A stretch of 64,000 bases of DNA, from positions 9,286 to 73,285 of the forward strand of contig WRLA01000005.1 in assembly GCA_009777825.1 (NCBI GenBank), given 5' to 3'. A model generated the notes under the pieces. The model did no database searches. It had not been told where the DNA came from and was given only the letters and a program-made list of their open reading frames with translations. Below are positions 45,913-54,703 of this stretch, piece by piece (positions within the stretch are counted from its first letter, which is position 1; every line of letters begins with the position of its first letter). The position numbers and the translations under genes were made by a program. The DNA is from Bacteroidales bacterium (lineage in GTDB: Bacteria > Bacteroidota > Bacteroidia > Bacteroidales > WRLA01).

Positions 45913-46171
45913 AAACGACTCTTTCATCAAAGGATTTCTCCTTGGGCTGGCTCTCAATGCCGTAACATTCGGTATCGTCTGGGGTTTGGTGGAAAAAGTC
46001 GGTGTTGCTTTGATAAAAGACCCGACGAAACTCTATCTCTTAGCGGCTATTCCGGCAATCCTTTTGATGTGGTACGGCATGAAGAAAAAAGGATGTGTGA
46101 AAATGGGGATGGGGACGCTGCTGAGCGTTATTGTGGCGGTAGGATTGTTTTTTGTTCTGTGTGTGAAATAA
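45905..46171 (+). CDS. small membrane protein (3 TM helices)
   Basis: MFKNDSFIKGFLLGLALNAVTFGIVWG... Start placed at the Met that overlaps the surE stop by 8 nt. Confidence 0.55.
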   Translation: MFKNDSFIKGFLLGLALNAVTFGIVWGLVEKVGVALIKDPTKLYLLAAIPAILLMWYGMKKKGCVKMGMGTLLSVIVAVGLFFVLCVK

Positions 46172-46188
46172 AAATTAAAAAAAAGTTG

Positions 46189-46196
46189 TACCTTTG
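46189..46196 (+). promoter_or_regulatory. -7 box TACCTTTG upstream of TA pair 1
   Basis: 25 nt upstream of the ATG at 46221. Confidence 0.5.
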
Positions 46197-46220
46197 CGGG
46201 CGAATCTATAAAGAGATATT

Positions 46221-46427
46221 ATGATAATGGTATTAGACATCAAAGAGAGTAAGGCTTCGTTCTTCATGGAATTGCTTAACAATTTTTCGTTTGTAAAAGC
46301 ACGGACTGTTACTAACGAAAAAGCGTTGTTATTGCAAGAAATCAAAGAAGCAGTAGATACTGTCAATTTGGTAAAACAAGGTAAATTATCGGCACGTCCG
46401 GCAAAAGAGTTGCTTAATGAAATATAA
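46221..46427 (+). CDS. putative antitoxin of TA pair 1
   Basis: 68 aa. Overlaps the downstream RelE/ParE-like toxin gene by 11 nt. Confidence 0.6.
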   Translation: MIMVLDIKESKASFFMELLNNFSFVKARTVTNEKALLLQEIKEAVDTVNLVKQGKLSARPAKELLNEI

Positions 46428-46746
46428 TGTACTTGCTATAGAACCTTTTGACAGGCAATTGAAACGATTGGTAAAAAAATTCCCCTCGTTAAAAGCAGAA
46501 TATACCGCGCTGATTGAGAAATTAGAACAAAATCCGGAAATAGGCGCCCCATTAGGAAATAATTGTTTTAAAATACGTTTGGCAATAACTTCAAAAGGTA
46601 AAGGAAAATCAGGCGGGGCACGTATAATCACACATCTTTATATAGAAAACGAGACCGTTTTCCTTCTTACTATCTACGATAAAAGCGAACAAACAAATAT
46701 TTCCAGTAAAGAATTGAAAGAATTACTTTCAAAAATTGAAAAATAA
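46417..46746 (+). CDS. RelE/ParE-superfamily toxin (HigB-like)
   Basis: 109 aa. FKIRLAITSKGKGKSGGARIITHLYIENETVFLLTIYDKSEQ is typical of this family. Confidence 0.75.
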   Translation: MKYNVLAIEPFDRQLKRLVKKFPSLKAEYTALIEKLEQNPEIGAPLGNNCFKIRLAITSKGKGKSGGARIITHLYIENETVFLLTIYDKSEQTNISSKELKELLSKIEK

Positions 46747-46861
46747 TAAAAAATAAATATAATTTTACATCATGACATAAACAAATATACCGTGCTAAGA
46801 AGCATATAGAAGCTGGTAGCACAAAATAGGATAGCTTGAAAAAGCGTTACTGTTTGTTCTA

Positions 46862-47010
46862 GGATAATCATTCTTCCACCTTTGATCCGATTTACGGGTC
46901 ATGCCTCAAGAGTAAATTAGTGAAACGCCGTATGTCCGGCGTGGAACGATTCGTTAGAGGCATAGGTGTGGAAGCCTGATTATCCGATAGGTTGTTTCCA
47001 CGCTTTTTTT
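46862..47010 (+). ncRNA. candidate structured RNA (three-way junction) ending in an intrinsic terminator
   Basis: Long-range helix ggataatca..cttccacc (46862-46880) with ggtgtggaag..tgattatcc (46965-46985). Inner helix atgcctc/gaggcat (46901-07/46958-64). Hairpins atccg-attta-cgggt and acgccg-tatgtc-cggcgt. Terminator stem 46966-73/46996-47003 plus T7 run at 47004-47010. Class not recognised. Confidence 0.35.
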
Positions 47011-47151
47011 GTTGTCCGATTTTGCCACGAATTATCACTAATTTTTATTTCACTAATCATGTTCATCATTAAAATCACGCTAAAATCACAGTTCAGACAA
47101 ATGACATAACATATTGATAATAAATATAATAATAACTTTAAATGTATTTTT

Positions 47152-48018
47152 ATGCGTAAAAACTTGAATTTTTATGAAATCGAAGCCGGTGCCGATAATA
47201 GCAGGGCAATGGAGACAGAGACCATTCAAAAAAACGGGACGAGTCCGAAAAGCCACACGAGTAGGTGGAATTTAATAAAAATACTTCTGTTTTTTGTCAT
47301 CCTTTGTTTTGGTGCAGCCGGTACGTTTGCGCAGGATATCATCACGCTGAAAACGGGCGATGATATTCAGGCGTTGGTACAGGAAATCGGCATAGACGAC
47401 GTCACTTATAAAAAGTTTGAAAATCCTAACGGACCTAATTATAAGTTGAAAAAGTCGGAAATCTTTATGATTCGGTATGAAAATGCTTCAAAAGATGTTT
47501 TTAAAGATGAGGCGCCTGCCCCGTCAACGAACCAAACAAACGCTCAAGGTATGAGTAATAATCAGCAAGCCCCACCGATAGATTATAACACATTTCTGCA
47601 ATTAAGAGGAGATGACAACAAGATGGCAGAATTTCTTAAAACAAATGATAGAGATCTTTATGAGCAATTTCATAGAGGTGCGTCGCTTAGAGATACGGGA
47701 GGAGGTTTATTAGTTACTGGTCTTTTTTTTACAGTAGTAGGTGGCGCGTTGGAAGTAATCGGTTTTAGTAATACTGATAATGAGACCGGAGAGATTACGA
47801 ATGGTGGTAGTACCACGATTATTGTTGGTGGCGTAATGCTTACGGCAGGACAAATTTTTATCATTACCAGCATCCCCTTGTCTGCTACCGGCGGCAGTTT
47901 GAAACGACGTGCTGCCGATAGTTACGAAGAAAAATATTTTAGCCACAGAACATCTTTTAACCCCTCCTTGAACTTCGGCGTAATAGGGAATGGCGTGGGG
48001 ATTGCATTAAAATTTTAA
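47152..48018 (+). CDS. hypothetical membrane protein (N-terminal anchor or signal, C-terminal Gly-rich TM pair)
   Basis: LIKILLFFVILCFGAAGTFAQ, then a soluble domain, then GGGLLVTGLFFTVVGGALEVIG and IIVGGVMLTAGQIFIITSIPL. Start codon uncertain. Confidence 0.6.
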   Translation: MRKNLNFYEIEAGADNSRAMETETIQKNGTSPKSHTSRWNLIKILLFFVILCFGAAGTFAQDIITLKTGDDIQALVQEIGIDDVTYKKFENPNGPNYKLKKSEIFMIRYENASKDVFKDEAPAPSTNQTNAQGMSNNQQAPPIDYNTFLQLRGDDNKMAEFLKTNDRDLYEQFHRGASLRDTGGGLLVTGLFFTVVGGALEVIGFSNTDNETGEITNGGSTTIIVGGVMLTAGQIFIITSIPLSATGGSLKRRAADSYEEKYFSHRTSFNPSLNFGVIGNGVGIALKF

Positions 48019-48034
48019 ATTTCAATTAAAGTTG

Positions 48035-48042
48035 TATCTTTG
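48035..48042 (+). promoter_or_regulatory. -7 box TATCTTTG upstream of rsgA
   Basis: 27 nt upstream of the ATG at 48069. Confidence 0.5.
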
Positions 48043-48068
48043 CAGAAGAATAATGTTTCGTATTTGTA

Positions 48069-48998
48069 ATGAAAGGAATCGTCTTACGTTCAACAGGTTC
48101 ATGGTACTCGGTTCTTTGTGAATCGGGTGGGCGGGTTGATTGCCGTTTGAAAGGGAAATTCAAGGTGCGGGGCATCAGAAGCACCAATCCCGTTGCGGTG
48201 GGCGATTATGTGCGTGTGGAGCAGTCGGACAGGCACGAGGCGGTCATCGCCGAAATCCTGCCGCGCGACAACTACATCATTCGCAAGGCGACACGACTGT
48301 CGAAAGCATCCCACATCATCGCCGCCAACATTGACATGGCGTTTTTGGTAGTAACGTTGGCTTCGCCGCGCACTTCGCTGGGGTTCATTGACCGTTTTTT
48401 GGTAACAGCCGGCGCCTATCACATCCCGGCAGCGTTGATATTCAACAAGATGGACTTGCTCTCGCCGGACAAACAGCAAGAACTCACACGCTTGGAAACC
48501 CTCTACCGCAACATCGGATACCCGTGCTACGAAACGTCGGCGACGCAACAGCAAGGCATAGAGCCGTTGCAAGAGGTGTTAAAAGAGAAAGTATCGCTCT
48601 TTTCGGGACATTCGGGAGCAGGGAAATCGGCTCTCATCAACGCCATCGAACCGGCATTGACGTTGAAAACGGGCGCCATCTCCAATTATCACCAAAAAGG
48701 GATGCACACCACAACTTTTGCGGAGATGTTTCCGTTATCGTTTGGAGGCTATATCATTGATACGCCCGGAATCAAAGAGTTTGGAATGGTGGACTTGGAA
48801 AAAGAAGAGGTGTCGCACTACTTTCCGGAGATGCTGGCGCTGATTTACGACTGCAACTTTCACAACTGCACCCACATCCACGAACCCGGATGTGCCGTCA
48901 AAGAAGCGCTCGCTGCAAACCGAATCAGCGAAAGCCGCTACCGGAACTACTGCTCCATCCTCAACGACGAATCGTTTTATATTGCTGATTGGGAATGA
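48069..48998 (+). CDS. rsgA: ribosome small-subunit-dependent GTPase A
   Basis: Circularly permuted GTPase: NKMDL precedes GHSGAGKSALINA. Zinc motif CNFHNCTHIHEPGCAV. Confidence 0.9.
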   Translation: MKGIVLRSTGSWYSVLCESGGRVDCRLKGKFKVRGIRSTNPVAVGDYVRVEQSDRHEAVIAEILPRDNYIIRKATRLSKASHIIAANIDMAFLVVTLASPRTSLGFIDRFLVTAGAYHIPAALIFNKMDLLSPDKQQELTRLETLYRNIGYPCYETSATQQQGIEPLQEVLKEKVSLFSGHSGAGKSALINAIEPALTLKTGAISNYHQKGMHTTTFAEMFPLSFGGYIIDTPGIKEFGMVDLEKEEVSHYFPEMLALIYDCNFHNCTHIHEPGCAVKEALAANRISESRYRNYCSILNDESFYIADWE

Positions 48999-49020
48999 GT
49001 TAATTTAAAAATTTAAAGAT

Positions 49021-49566
49021 ATGACAGAACAGGAATTTATTGTTGGGACTTGTGTGAAACATGCCCGTTACGGCGTCGGGTATATCTGCGCCGTGTCGTT
49101 GGTTAATTGCGACATCATTTTTGAAAGAGGCGGAAAGGTCAGTTTCGCCAAACGTTCTCTCGCCGAAGATTTGGAATTGGTGGAAGCCGCCCCAAACACC
49201 TCCGACGAACCAAAACTGACGTTGGACGAAGTTGAAGAAGCGCTCACCACGATTTTAGAACGCTACAACGGCGTTCACCAAGAGATAGAGATGGCAGACC
49301 GCTGGAACAACGGAACGCTGATCCTAAAACCGGGTACCGACACCCAACCCAAAGAGATGCCGATAGAGACATTCTTCCACAAAATCGTCATGCTGCGCGA
49401 CAGACTGCGGGTGCTGGAACAAAATATCAACAGCCACAAAAAACTGACCGACGAGGATAAAGTTGATTTACAACAATATATCACGCGCATCTACGGCAGC
49501 CTGACCTCGTTCAATGTACTTTTTAAAGAGAAAGACCACTACTTCGTGGGGACAGGAGGGGGCTGA
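49021..49566 (+). CDS. conserved hypothetical protein
   Basis: 181-aa ORF, 22 nt after rsgA. No motif recognised. Confidence 0.55.
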   Translation: MTEQEFIVGTCVKHARYGVGYICAVSLVNCDIIFERGGKVSFAKRSLAEDLELVEAAPNTSDEPKLTLDEVEEALTTILERYNGVHQEIEMADRWNNGTLILKPGTDTQPKEMPIETFFHKIVMLRDRLRVLEQNINSHKKLTDEDKVDLQQYITRIYGSLTSFNVLFKEKDHYFVGTGGG

Positions 49567-49592
49567 AAAAACTGTAATATTCAAAAAAAATG

Positions 49593-49600
49593 TATCTTTG
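49593..49600 (+). promoter_or_regulatory. -7 box TATCTTTG upstream of TA pair 2
   Basis: 19 nt upstream of the ATG at 49619. Confidence 0.5.
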
Positions 49601-49618
49601 CATTTTAAAAATAAAATT

Positions 49619-49855
49619 ATGTACACAACATACCATTTGACATCGGCACAGGAAGCAAGCATTGACATATTAGATTCCATCAAAATTGCTTTCAAATCAA
49701 AACCTGTTACTATTATTGTGGAAGAAAGTTACAAAGATTTTGACCTTACAACAGATATGAAGTCCATTTTAGACGAACGCATACAGGAAAACGGGAAAAA
49801 TTATCTAACAGCAGAAGAATCCATCAATCATCTTAATAAAAGATATGGTTTATAA
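49619..49855 (+). CDS. putative antitoxin of TA pair 2
   Basis: 78 aa (MYTTYHLTSAQEASIDILDSIK...). Overlaps the ParE-like toxin start by 11 nt. The track start at 49514 lies upstream of the promoter box. Confidence 0.6.
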   Translation: MYTTYHLTSAQEASIDILDSIKIAFKSKPVTIIVEESYKDFDLTTDMKSILDERIQENGKNYLTAEESINHLNKRYGL

Positions 49856-50144
49856 AATTATCGTTTCTCCTCGTGCTTTGAAGGAGTTAGAAAATGCTAT
49901 TGATTATTATGCCTTGTATAGTACAGATGCACCGGTACATTTTATTGCTGTACTCAAAGAGGCATATAAAACATTAGAAACTAACCCTTTTTTTAGAATA
50001 TGTTATAAAAATGTTCGCTCTTTGAAACTCAAAAAGTTCCCCTATTCTTTGTACTTTATTATTGATGAGAACAAAAATATAGTTAGTGTACTTTCTTGCT
50101 TTCACAATAAGCGAAATCCAAATAAACAACCACGATATTTGTAA
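49845..50144 (+). CDS. RelE/ParE-family toxin (ParE-like)
   Basis: 99 aa. ALKELENAIDYY...FPYSLYFIIDENKNIVSVLSCFHNKRNP. Confidence 0.75.
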   Translation: MVYKIIVSPRALKELENAIDYYALYSTDAPVHFIAVLKEAYKTLETNPFFRICYKNVRSLKLKKFPYSLYFIIDENKNIVSVLSCFHNKRNPNKQPRYL

Positions 50145-50169
50145 AAATCATGATTCATACAAAAAATTG

Positions 50170-50177
50170 TACATTTG
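50170..50177 (+). promoter_or_regulatory. -7 box TACATTTG upstream of nadK
   Basis: 20 nt upstream of the ATG at 50197. Confidence 0.5.
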
Positions 50178-50196
50178 CACCCGTAAATATAGACGC

Positions 50197-51081
50197 ATGA
50201 AAATAGCCCTCTTTGCAAAAAAAACAGGCGACGGCTTTATTGAAGCTTTCAACTTTTTTATGAAAGAATTGTCGTTGCGGGAGTTTCGAATTTCGCTATA
50301 TCAGCCTTTCTATCAGGATATCTCCCGTTCTTTTCATTTCGACACCCCCTTTACGCTCTTTTCGAGTTGCGAGGAGTTGAAATCTCTGTCGCCCGACGTA
50401 TTCATCTCGTTTGGAGGCGACGGCACCATCCTCGATGCCTTGGAACTGATTCAGGATACGCTCATACCCGTTCTCGGCGTCAACTTCGGACGGTTGGGCT
50501 TTCTCTCCGCCACCTCAGCCGAAGAGTTCGGAGAGGCTTTAGACCAGTTACTAAACAAGGAATATGAGATAGACTCGCGTGCTTTGCTGCGGCTGACAAC
50601 CGAAGAGAACCCTTTTGCAACCTTTAACTACGCCCTGAACGAAATAACCATCCTCAACAGTTACCCCTCGAAAATGCTCTCCATCGGAGTGTGGATTGAC
50701 GACTATTTCCTGAACAACTACTGGGGCGACGGACTTATTGTCGCAACGCCAACAGGTTCAACAGCTTACAGCATGAGTTGTGGTGGAAATATCTTGACGC
50801 CGTCCTCGAAAAACCTCATCATCACACCCATCGCCCCGCACAACCTCTCCATCCGCTCGTTAGTCATCTCGGAAGATTCAAAAATAAAAATCCGGGTGCA
50901 CGAAAACCGTTACGACTCTTATACTATAGTCCTGGATTCCCGAACCAGAAAAATCACAAAACCGGTTGACATCTTCATCGAAAAGGAAAAATTCGACTTC
51001 AACCTTGTCCGGCTGAACGGCAAAGAGTTTTTCCAAACACTCCGCAATAAACTACTCTGGGGATTAGATAAACGAAATTAA
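50197..51081 (+). CDS. nadK: NAD kinase
   Basis: GGDGTILDA, VNFGRLGFL, ATPTGSTAYSMSCGG. Confidence 0.9.
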   Translation: MKIALFAKKTGDGFIEAFNFFMKELSLREFRISLYQPFYQDISRSFHFDTPFTLFSSCEELKSLSPDVFISFGGDGTILDALELIQDTLIPVLGVNFGRLGFLSATSAEEFGEALDQLLNKEYEIDSRALLRLTTEENPFATFNYALNEITILNSYPSKMLSIGVWIDDYFLNNYWGDGLIVATPTGSTAYSMSCGGNILTPSSKNLIITPIAPHNLSIRSLVISEDSKIKIRVHENRYDSYTIVLDSRTRKITKPVDIFIEKEKFDFNLVRLNGKEFFQTLRNKLLWGLDKRN

Positions 51082-51091
51082 GATACTCATT

Positions 51092-51604
51092 ATGAAAAAG
51101 ATAGGCGTTATCTCCGACACACACACTTTCCTTCATCCGAAATTGTTCGACTTTTTCAAAGACGTGGACGAGATATGGCATGCCGGCGACTTCGGCAACA
51201 TCGAAACGGCAGACCGGTTGCAAGCATTTAAACCGTTGCGCGGCGTCTATGGCAATATTGACGATACGTTGGTGCGCCGCTCTTTTCCGCAGTTCAACGT
51301 GTTTCGCGCCGAAGAAGCAAAAGTAGTCATAACGCACATCGGTGGCTATCCCGAACATTATTACGACAACGCATTGGAAATCATCCGAAAAGAGAAACCC
51401 GACATCTTTATCGCCGGACATTCGCACATCTTGAAGATCATCTACGACAAACCGAATCAACTGCTTTTTATCAATCCGGGCGCAGCAGGACTGCACGGCA
51501 TACACCATGTTATCACTTTTGTGCGCTTTACTTTGGATAAAACGGATATTCGCGATGTTGAAATTTTTGAAACGAAGAAAAATCCGACAAATGAACGTTT
51601 TTAG
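51092..51604 (+). CDS. YfcE/MJ0936-family metallophosphoesterase
   Basis: ISDTH, HAGDFGN, GNID, GHSH. Confidence 0.85.
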   Translation: MKKIGVISDTHTFLHPKLFDFFKDVDEIWHAGDFGNIETADRLQAFKPLRGVYGNIDDTLVRRSFPQFNVFRAEEAKVVITHIGGYPEHYYDNALEIIRKEKPDIFIAGHSHILKIIYDKPNQLLFINPGAAGLHGIHHVITFVRFTLDKTDIRDVEIFETKKNPTNERF

Positions 51605-51671
51605 AAATTTTTTTTCAACAATGGTGTTTTTATGTTCCATTTTTTCGTTACTTTGCTGCAAAAATAACGAG

Positions 51672-52307
51672 ATGGCAAATATGCAAATTTTTCAATTTAA
51701 CAGTTTCCAAGTCAACACTTTCGTGATTTGGGACGAAACCAAAGAGTGTATCATTATTGATCCGGGCTGCCTTTCCGAAACGGAATGCAACGTGCTGACG
51801 CGTTTCATCGCCGACAATCAACTGCGCCCCGTCCGTCTAATCAATACGCACTATCACATTGACCATATTTTGGGAAATAAATATGTCAAAGAATATTACA
51901 AATTGCCCGTTGAGGCGCATCAGGGCGGGCGGGCGTTCTGGGAAAACGGCTCTTTCTGGGCTGCCAATTTCGGTCTCGGCGAAGACGACTTAGTCGCGCC
52001 CGACGTTTACCTGAAAGATGGCGACGAGATAAAATTCGGAAACTTGTCCCTGAAAGTTTTATACACCCCCGGACATGCCGACGGCAGCATCTGTTTCTAC
52101 AACAAAACCGACGGCTACGTCATCGTGGGAGACGTTTTGTTTCACACTAGCATCGGACGAACCGACTTGCCCACAGGCAATTACGACATCCTGAAACAAA
52201 GCATCACCGAAAAACTCTTTACCCTCCCCGACGAAACTGTCGTTTACCCCGGACATGGTCCCAAAACAACCATCGGCTTTGAAAAGATAAATAATCCGTT
52301 TTTATGA
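51672..52307 (+). CDS. MBL-fold metallo-hydrolase (glyoxalase II-like)
   Basis: NTHYHIDHILGN (HxHxDH), TPGHADGS, GDVLF. Start placed at MANMQIF. Confidence 0.85.
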   Translation: MANMQIFQFNSFQVNTFVIWDETKECIIIDPGCLSETECNVLTRFIADNQLRPVRLINTHYHIDHILGNKYVKEYYKLPVEAHQGGRAFWENGSFWAANFGLGEDDLVAPDVYLKDGDEIKFGNLSLKVLYTPGHADGSICFYNKTDGYVIVGDVLFHTSIGRTDLPTGNYDILKQSITEKLFTLPDETVVYPGHGPKTTIGFEKINNPFL

Positions 52308-53125
52308 TACTTGATCTTTTTTCCATGCCGTTTTTCGTCAACGCCCTGCTTTCGGTGGCGGTGATGTCGGTGTTGACAGGGATTATCGGGAGTTATATCG
52401 TTTCCCGCAAGTTGGTGTTTATGAGCGGAGGCATCTCTCACGCCTCTTTCGGAGGGCTTGGCATCGCTTGGTTTTTAGGACTTAATCCCATGTTGGGCGC
52501 TTTTGTGTTTGGCGTCTTTTCGGCGTTGTCCATAGAGTTTATCAGCAGTCGGGGAAAAAATGAAAAAGACACCGCCATCGGCATTTTGTGGTCGGTGGGG
52601 ATGGCTATCGGCATCCTGTTTATCTTCCTGACGCCCGGCTACCAGCCCAACCTGATGAGTTATCTTTTCGGAAATATCTTGGTTGTGCCGCGCAGTGAGA
52701 TTATTTTCGGCGCTATTTTGACGCTTGGCATCGCCATCCTTTTCGTGGTTTTCTACAAACCGATTTTGTACGTCGCTTTCGACAGAGAATTCGCGTTGGT
52801 GCGGCGGATGCCTGTGAAGACGGTCAACTATCTGATGATGGTCGTCGTTGCGCTCGCCATCATCATGACGATGAAGGTAGCTGGAATCATCTTAGCCATC
52901 GCCATGCTCACTCTTCCGCCGGTTATCGCCTCGCTGTTCTGCAAAAAACTCTCATGGATGATGATTGTATCCGTTGTCGTCGGCGTTGCCGGATCTGTGG
53001 CAGGTCTTTTTCTCTCTTTCCTGTTCGATACGCCCGCAAGCGCCACCATTGTATTCACGTTGGGGGTAATATATCTGATTGTCAAAGGTTTAAAAGTACT
53101 GCAAATTTTTAAAATTGAAAAATAA
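52304..53125 (+). CDS. metal (Zn/Mn) ABC transporter permease, ABC-3 family
   Basis: About 8 TM helices with ZnuB/MntB-like composition. No ATPase or binding-protein gene in the window. Confidence 0.75.
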   Translation: MILDLFSMPFFVNALLSVAVMSVLTGIIGSYIVSRKLVFMSGGISHASFGGLGIAWFLGLNPMLGAFVFGVFSALSIEFISSRGKNEKDTAIGILWSVGMAIGILFIFLTPGYQPNLMSYLFGNILVVPRSEIIFGAILTLGIAILFVVFYKPILYVAFDREFALVRRMPVKTVNYLMMVVVALAIIMTMKVAGIILAIAMLTLPPVIASLFCKKLSWMMIVSVVVGVAGSVAGLFLSFLFDTPASATIVFTLGVIYLIVKGLKVLQIFKIEK

Positions 53126-53130
53126 TATCC

Positions 53131-54474
53131 TTACCTGTTCGGCAGCAGCCAACTCGAAGGATTTTGCAGCGTTTTCCCTTTCCAGAGTTCAAAATGCAGT
53201 TCGGTAGCACCTGAGACGGCGTCGGTGTGGATACTACCTATCTTTTGACGGGTTGAGATTTGATCGCCGGCTTTTACGGAGACTGTTTCTAACTTCGAAT
53301 AGACCGTGATATATTCGCCGTGTCGAATCATCACAACGTTGTTGAATCCCGGCATCTTCCACACGCCGGAGACAGTTCCGGAAAATATGGCTAAGGCGTC
53401 TGATTTTGAGGATGTTATGATGTCAATGCCGTTATTTTGGACTTTTACGTTTTTCAGCACGGGGTGTGCGTGTTCGCCGTATTCGCTCGATACGATGCCT
53501 CTTTCGACGGGCCACGGCAAACGTCCCTGATTGCCTGCGAAGTCTTTGGAGAGCGCTACCTCTGCCGGCGTGAGGGAGAAGTCGCTACCCGTTGTCTTTT
53601 CGGCGTTGGCGGCGCGGCGTGCTTCTTCGGCTCTACGGATCTCCTCTTCTATAAGTTTCTGGATGGCTTTTTCCAAGTTGCGCGCTTCTTTCTGCTTGGC
53701 GTCGAGGACTTTTTTCAACTCTTTTTCCTTCTTTTCCAATGTCTTAACTTCGGTATTTACTTTGTCTTTGTCCACCGAAAGTTTATTCCGCTCATTCTGA
53801 GTTGATTGCAACACCTCGTCCCGCTCTTTTTTCCGTTTTGTCAGCCCGTCAATCCGTTCCTGTACGACGGACTGCGTCTCCGTGATTTGCGCTGCCTGCT
53901 GATGGCGCGCCTCTTTAAGTTGCTGTAAATGACGCAGTCGCAGATAGGCTTGGTTGAAATCGTCGGCGGCGAAGATGAATGCCAACTGGGTAAAGATATT
54001 TTCCGTCTTTTGGGCGACGAGGATCATCTTGGCGTAGTCGCTGCGCAACTGTTGCAGCCGCTTTTCCAAACTGTCAATGACGGCATTGTTTTTGTTGATT
54101 TCCTTTTCCAAACGGGCGCTTTCGTTGTTTAACGTCTCTATGAGTTGTTCCCGTTTTTTGATACTGTTGTTCAGGATGACGACTTGCTGAAGCGATTTCT
54201 TCTTGTCTTTCGAGGTCTCGTCAAGCAGTTGTTGGTTGTAGGAGATTTCCGATTCTATCTGCTTTTTGTTTTGTTCGAGGGTGGATTTGTCTTGGGCAAA
54301 AGCAGAAACCACAAAGAACATAAAGTACACACAAAGAAGACCGTAAGATTGTAAGAGGAGTTTCTTTGCGTTCCTTTGTGAAAATTCTTTGTGATACTTT
54401 GTGGTAAAAAAATCTCTCTGGATTGCTTCACCTTGTTCGCAATGACGAAAACGGTCTCTTGTATGGCACTTCAT
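53131..54474 (-). CDS. M23-family peptidase / murein hydrolase activator (EnvC-like)
   Basis: Long coiled-coil, then the LytM domain GIDIITSSKSDALAIFSGTV...VMIRHGEYITVYSKL...ELHFELW. The first ~45 codons run through dispersed-repeat sequence, so the true start is uncertain. Confidence 0.8.
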   Translation of the reverse strand: MKCHTRDRFRHCEQGEAIQRDFFTTKYHKEFSQRNAKKLLLQSYGLLCVYFMFFVVSAFAQDKSTLEQNKKQIESEISYNQQLLDETSKDKKKSLQQVVILNNSIKKREQLIETLNNESARLEKEINKNNAVIDSLEKRLQQLRSDYAKMILVAQKTENIFTQLAFIFAADDFNQAYLRLRHLQQLKEARHQQAAQITETQSVVQERIDGLTKRKKERDEVLQSTQNERNKLSVDKDKVNTEVKTLEKKEKELKKVLDAKQKEARNLEKAIQKLIEEEIRRAEEARRAANAEKTTGSDFSLTPAEVALSKDFAGNQGRLPWPVERGIVSSEYGEHAHPVLKNVKVQNNGIDIITSSKSDALAIFSGTVSGVWKMPGFNNVVMIRHGEYITVYSKLETVSVKAGDQISTRQKIGSIHTDAVSGATELHFELWKGKTLQNPSSWLLPNR

Positions 54475-54517
54475 AACCCTATATAAACTATGTTCTATAA
54501 ACTAACTTTTTTCACGG

Positions 54518-54525
54518 CAAAGATA
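54518..54525 (-). promoter_or_regulatory. -7 box (TATCTTTG on the minus strand) upstream of the M23 gene
   Basis: caaagata on the plus strand, 44 nt upstream of the ATG at 54474. Confidence 0.5.
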
Positions 54526-54665
54526 CGACAAATTATCTATTCGGTATCTGAAAAAGAAAAAAGGGTTACAGAGTTGGTCGTTTAGATACCGTATAAGAGA
54601 GTTTTTTTACTATTTTCCGTCTTTGCACGAAACTTTTTGTTTACTAAGGATACAAATTTTTTTAT

Positions 54666-54673
54666 TACTTTTG
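54666..54673 (+). promoter_or_regulatory. -7 box TACTTTTG upstream of yebC
   Basis: 31 nt upstream of the ATG at 54704. Confidence 0.5.
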
Positions 54674-54703
54674 CACCCTCAAAACCATAAAATCTAAAAT
54701 ATC

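Noticed and set aside
52304-53125. Orphan metal ABC permease without ATPase or binding protein as an anomaly.
   Set aside because: Partner genes may simply lie elsewhere, since split znu/mnt loci are common. The evidence within one window is insufficient.
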